Origin: Marsupella aquatica
Lineage: Eukaryota > Plantae > Marchantiophyta
Assembly (NCBI GenBank): GCA_973895155.1
Contig: OZ316892.1
Span: forward strand, 25,195,233 to 25,259,232
Direction of reading: 5' to 3'
DNA length: 64,000 nucleotides
Shown here: positions 63,446 through 64,000 of the stretch, piece after piece
Numbering within the stretch: the stretch's first letter is position 1
Layout: every line of letters begins with the position of its first letter
Notes under the pieces: model-generated
Database searches by the model: none
The model's input: the letters and a program-made list of their open reading frames with translations, nothing else
Told to the model about the DNA's origin: nothing
Program-made: the position numbers and the translations under genes

Positions 63446-63979
63446 TTAGAATACCAAACTCAACTTCTTCAGAGCACTTGAGATCTGATCCACATTCCCT
63501 TCTGTGGTTAAAATCAGTGGGCTCTCTGCCGGTGCAACGTCACCTCTTTGGTAACTACCACCGACACGCAGTAGCCTGTCCGAACCGTTTGTCACAACAC
63601 CTTTTAGCACAATTGTCTTGTGTGTGCCTGAAAGTAACTCTTCATAATCGGTATCTCCTGTCTCTCCAACAAACACATACATGTTCGCTACATCAAGTCC
63701 CCAACGCACAAACAAGTACCTGCACCCAACACACGAGAACAAGGGTTCATCAGATCCAATTTCCAACGTTCATTTCCCCATAGAACATCTTCAAGAAAAG
63801 TTTTCCTTGCAAATACAGGTCATATCACTTTAAGACTTCAAAGGCCTTTACCTCAGAGCTTGAGAGCGTGATGCAAACAGGGGAATTACGCGCATTCTGG
63901 TCTCATTCTGGCAATACATCACATGACATCTCAATCCCCGCTGCCGTAATCGCTGTCGTATGTGGTCCACTGATGGTGC
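63446..63979 (-). CDS. SPS: Sucrose-phosphate synthase, last two exons (63979-63852, 63719-63446); gene continues beyond the window
   Basis: LRQRGLRCHVMYCQN..RMRVIPLFASRSQALR joined to YLFVRWGLDVANMYVFVGETGDTDYEELLSGTHKTIVLKG, the SPP-like C-terminal domain of plant SPS. AG|GTAAAG...TGCAG| intron. Confidence 0.95.
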
Positions 63980-64000
63980 CTGGAGACAAATTTCTTTGTT

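Overview
Nuclear DNA of a land plant. Gene content, GT-AG introns, low gene density and the repeat types suggest a non-seed plant, possibly a bryophyte; this is inference and the species cannot be determined. Genes read by hand across splice sites: a probable mitochondrial TM/coiled-coil protein (-), tRNA-Leu(UAG), a 2-exon plant membrane protein (-), a 2-exon HPPR/HPR2-like 2-hydroxyacid dehydrogenase (-), a 14-exon farnesyl diphosphate synthase (-), 3-exon SRP19 (+), a DUF2062-like protein (+), an intronless AGPase small subunit (+) and the last two exons of sucrose-phosphate synthase (-). The intergenic DNA holds a decayed, intron-containing Crypton-type tyrosine-recombinase element with candidate ends (7-bp direct repeat plus inverted arms). 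It also holds a decayed CRE-like (RT + RLE) non-LTR retrotransposon whose 3' ends abut (TA)n at three loci, four mini-Helitron-like copies carrying a TCTAGAG-GCTTCA-CTCTAGA palindrome, a copia-like solo LTR with a 5-bp TSD, L1 relics, foldback MITEs and many small tandem duplications. The most interesting signals are the Crypton-like element, an AUG-less mitochondrial-presequence-like extension of FPS, and a repeat array seeded from the tRNA 3' end. All calls come from reading the sequence; no searches were run.
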